From a virus (Duplodnaviria; Caudoviricetes): a DNA stretch of 37,145 nucleotides. The stretch covers positions 1-37,145 of the IMG/VR virus record IMGVR_UViG_3300046786_000034; one strand, given 5' to 3'. A model generated the notes under the pieces. That model was not told the DNA's origin and did no database searches. It saw nothing but the letters and a program-made list of their open reading frames with translations. This document shows, one piece after another, positions 34,440 to 37,145 of this stretch; position 1 is the first letter of the stretch; every line of letters starts with the position of its first letter. A program made the position numbers and the translations under genes.

Positions 34440-34467
34440 ACTTAACATAATGATGATTGTATTAAGT
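34440..34467 (-). other. dif-like XerC/XerD recombination site
   Basis: Minus strand ACTTAATACAA-TCATCA-TTATGTTAAGT; 11-6-11 geometry; XerD arm 10/11 identical to E. coli TTATGTTAAAT. Confidence 0.7.
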
Positions 34468-34578
34468 AGACGATGCTTTTCTTGTTGTTGGGCTTTCTTT
34501 TCGTTGCGTTTACGCAACACGCAGGCGCGTGCGCGTAACGCTACAAAATCTATGCAAAAAGCGCATAACCTTGTTGGA

Positions 34579-35094
34579 TTACGCTTCTTTGGCTTGCACA
34601 TCAACAACGCTGCTATCGTCATTCAACACGCGCTGCTTTGCCTCTTTAAGTGCATCCATCACGCTGATGCGTGTATCAGTTACAGCCACATCAATGCGAT
34701 CACCATAGGTTTTAGGCTTCAACTTACTTGCAACCCACTTGCGTGCATCGACTTGCATGCGCTTTTGTTGCACCCATGCAGACGCCATAGGGCCTTCTAA
34801 ACCGTCTGGCATCTCTTGGTCAGCCAGTTCAATGATTTCCTCTGCCAAACGGTCTGCACGGCTTTCTACGGCCTTTTCGTACATGGTTCTGAACTCTGGG
34901 CTGTTTCGCAACATAAGCATCACCAATTGGTACGACGGCATGTTTTCAGATGTCTTGAGTGCGGTACTTAAACTTTTGCCTTCTGAAATCTGTTCGCACA
35001 AGATTTGCCAACATGGATTTTCAATTCCATAAACAACAGGGCGACCGCCAGAATTCTTTTTAACCGTCAATTCAGACGCCAAGTTATCAGTCAC
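34579..35094 (-). CDS. terS: Terminase small subunit (Sf6-like)
   Basis: GTG 35094 after GAGGAG; GGRP, CEQISEGKSL, MPS, AEEIIELAD, DARKWVASKLKPKTYGD. Confidence 0.85.
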   Translation of the reverse strand: MTDNLASELTVKKNSGGRPVVYGIENPCWQILCEQISEGKSLSTALKTSENMPSYQLVMLMLRNSPEFRTMYEKAVESRADRLAEEIIELADQEMPDGLEGPMASAWVQQKRMQVDARKWVASKLKPKTYGDRIDVAVTDTRISVMDALKEAKQRVLNDDSSVVDVQAKEA

Positions 35095-35179
35095 TTGTAA
35101 ACTCCTCAAAAAAAGAAGGTACTCACACCGACTGGCGCTTTCCCAAAAACGTGTGGCAACTGCAAGGAAGCACACACGG

Positions 35180-35527
35180 CTATCCTATCACTTCAATCTC
35201 AACCTTGTACACATTCGGCCCACCAGACCTCTGACAATACTGCCAGTCCACCAGACTACTGCCATCATCCACGCCAAGCCAATCAGCCACACCGTCCCTG
35301 ACCGCCTTAAACCCAGACTGTAGGTTATCCCCATCCAAGCGCCTTGGAGCGACTCTGGTCAACACCACGGTGACTGGCAACACCTCAACCCCAAACGACT
35401 GCGCAACAGCTGCCAGTGCATTCCTAGTCTTTTGCCGCTGGGTCTTTGTCAACCTCGCCTTTGCCGCCCAATGCAACCGCATGTTGGCCACACTGACGAT
35501 TTTCATATCCATCTCAACTTCAATCAC
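35180..35527 (-). CDS. RusA-like Holliday junction resolvase
   Basis: S.AN...HW and RRLDGDNL...KAVRDGVA..LGVDDG acidic pattern. Confidence 0.78.
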   Translation of the reverse strand: MIEVEMDMKIVSVANMRLHWAAKARLTKTQRQKTRNALAAVAQSFGVEVLPVTVVLTRVAPRRLDGDNLQSGFKAVRDGVADWLGVDDGSSLVDWQYCQRSGGPNVYKVEIEVIG

Positions 35528-35572
35528 AAAATCTCCCCAATCGCATCAAACCCCCATGCCCAAAGTACGGAT

Positions 35573-35861
35573 GTACCGAACCCTTTATGTACCGAAACCG
35601 AAAGGGTTTGTATACCCTTTCGGTACGTTTCGGTACACCAGAGGTGGGTTGCTTCGGTACATTTCGGTACGTTTCGGTACATTTCGGTACACGGTTCGGT
35701 ACATTTGGCATGTACCGATGTACCGAACTCGGTACATTTCGGTACAGTTCGGTACTTTTTGAATGTAACCAAGTTACCATTTCGGTACAGTTCGGTACAA
35801 GTGCTTGGTAACTTTGTTTCATGTCACTTGATTTGGCTCTGTTTTCGGCACAGTTCGGTAC
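35573..35861. repeat. Iteron array, putative phage replication origin
   Basis: 13 TCGGTAC copies on + and 4 on -, many at 10-bp spacing, immediately downstream of the primase-helicase gene. Confidence 0.8.
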
Positions 35862-37144
35862 ATGCCCGCATTCTCAAAAACCATGGATTTTTTGGTTAGT
35901 GCATCCAAACATTCCTTAAATCTGCGTGAATTCAGACCATGCCCTTTGGCGCTTTCACGCCATTCATCATAATCAACCATGGCCGCAAACCCTTCAATTC
36001 CATCTGCCGCCCGTTTGGCTTCAATAGACACCAAAGAATTTAATGCGATCTTTTGATTACCCGATAACACAGCACGCTTCTGGATATTCCCCATCAGGCC
36101 GCTGATGTCCACAGCCGTCAGATATGCCCCCTTGACTGGCAGCCCATGCTTGTCTTGGATGGGCAGATCCACTTGGGTGATCTGGAAGTTCTTTGGCGCT
36201 GGCATCTCTGCGTCTTTCATCTTTTTGGACTCAAACGCAATAGTCTTTGTGCCTGCATCCAACTGGCATCGGTATTCAGCATCCAGTGCGCCCTTGAGAG
36301 CCGTGCTACCCCTAGACCGATCCTTGTCTGCCACGCCTGAGTGGTGAACCACCAGCACGCAGCACTTCCATGGTTGGCGTAAATAGACATCGAGGTGCTG
36401 AATAAACGCATTCATGTCTTGGGTGCTGTTCTCATCCCCACCATGGTTTCTGGCCAAGGTGTCAATGATGATCATGGATGGCACTGTGCCTGCTTGCGCT
36501 GACAGCTCTTTGATGCTCTCTGCCACCACCGCAGCCTCTGTGGCGTCATACAGCTGCGCCGCACGGTGGCTCTTGTACAGTGGCGCCCCATCAAGGGTCT
36601 GGCCATTGCCTAGCTGCCATGCCTTGAACCGTCTGGCCAAGCCGTTGTGCCCTTCGCCTGCGATGTAAAACACCGAGCCTTGCTTGACCTCATGGCCATG
36701 CCATGGCCGTCCAGTAGCCACGCAGCAAGCAAGGTCGATGCTGACGAATGACTTACCACCGCCTGGGTCACCAAACACTTGCGCCAAGCTGTCACTTTCT
36801 ATGTAGTCGTCAACAATCCAATTGATCTCTGCCAACTCAAGGCTATCAATTCTGGAGAACTCAAACGCCAGTTTGTCACGCATCGGGCCTGCCACGCGCT
36901 CGATCTGCTCTTTGACGGCATCAAGCCCTTGCAGGCAGTGAAGGTCATTAAAGTCCGTTGGTTTGTTGTCCACCATGTCCGACTCACCAAATTGTGGGTA
37001 CACAATCTCACCAAACACCAGTGCCGCAGCCGCACGGCCTTTAGTGACTCCAGGGTTGCCCTCCGTGAACTGGTCATTGTCTGCACCGATCACGATCTTT
37101 GAGCCTGGGAACATTTCTTTGGCACTCTTGGCCACCTTGGCCAA
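35819..37144 (-). CDS. Primase-helicase, C-terminal part (Toprim end plus AAA_25/RepA-like helicase)
   Basis: TDFNDLH, Walker A GDPGGGKS, YIAGEG, Walker B IIIDTLAR, DENS..DM, VVHHSG, RGSTALKGALD. Confidence 0.9.
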   Translation of the reverse strand: MAKVAKSAKEMFPGSKIVIGADNDQFTEGNPGVTKGRAAAALVFGEIVYPQFGESDMVDNKPTDFNDLHCLQGLDAVKEQIERVAGPMRDKLAFEFSRIDSLELAEINWIVDDYIESDSLAQVFGDPGGGKSFVSIDLACCVATGRPWHGHEVKQGSVFYIAGEGHNGLARRFKAWQLGNGQTLDGAPLYKSHRAAQLYDATEAAVVAESIKELSAQAGTVPSMIIIDTLARNHGGDENSTQDMNAFIQHLDVYLRQPWKCCVLVVHHSGVADKDRSRGSTALKGALDAEYRCQLDAGTKTIAFESKKMKDAEMPAPKNFQITQVDLPIQDKHGLPVKGAYLTAVDISGLMGNIQKRAVLSGNQKIALNSLVSIEAKRAADGIEGFAAMVDYDEWRESAKGHGLNSRRFKECLDALTKKSMVFENAGMYRTVPKTEPNQVT

Positions 37145-37145
37145 G
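37019..37145. repeat. Terminal direct repeat, copy 2
   Basis: Identical to bases 1-127. Confidence 0.97.

Noticed and set aside
34503-34518. parS site
   Set aside because: GTTGCGTTTACGCAAC is palindromic but does not match the GTTTCAC-GTGAAAC consensus, and no parAB genes are present.
35573-35861. CRISPR array
   Set aside because: Units are 7-10 bp, in both orientations, with no unique spacers.
35524-35899. Other ORFs over the iteron array (35524..35772, 35432..35899, 35587..35811)
   Set aside because: Low-complexity translations of a stop-free repeat without convincing initiation signals.
1-37145. Alternative genetic code, tRNA genes, integrase or CI repressor
   Set aside because: Genes tile densely in the standard code with all three stops used; I recognised no tRNA, recombinase or CI motifs by eye, which a profile search should confirm.

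Overview
The window is a complete, circularly permuted tailed-phage genome of about 37,018 bp; bases 1-127 equal bases 37019-37145, most likely an assembly overlap. It has a P22-like podovirus virion module: TerS, TerL, portal, scaffold, coat, gp4/gp10-like proteins, tailspike, fibres and three ejection proteins. Lysis genes include a GH108 endolysin and a 3-TM holin. A rightward early arm carries small ORFs, a Sak4-like ATPase, a DUF669 SSB, a Cas4-like nuclease and a RadD-like helicase. A leftward arm runs Cro-like gene, C5 methyltransferase, Toprim/AAA primase-helicase (split by the window edge), iteron array, RusA-like gene, then packaging genes. I see no integrase, CI repressor, DNA polymerase, partition genes, tRNA or CRISPR array. 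Most notable: (1) the TerS-TerL gap holds five DnaA boxes, an A/T tract and a 28-bp dif-like XerCD site, a miniature host-style oriC+dif cassette in addition to a separate 17-copy iteron origin; (2) a C5 MTase split into two ~274-aa proteins in fully overlapping frames; (3) three 17-bp operators without a CI gene; (4) a tandem array of ATGA-coupled mini-genes with shared ends; (5) a small Cys-rich protein ending in an SSB-tail mimic next to the RadD-like helicase. All calls come from reading motifs by eye; no searches were run.
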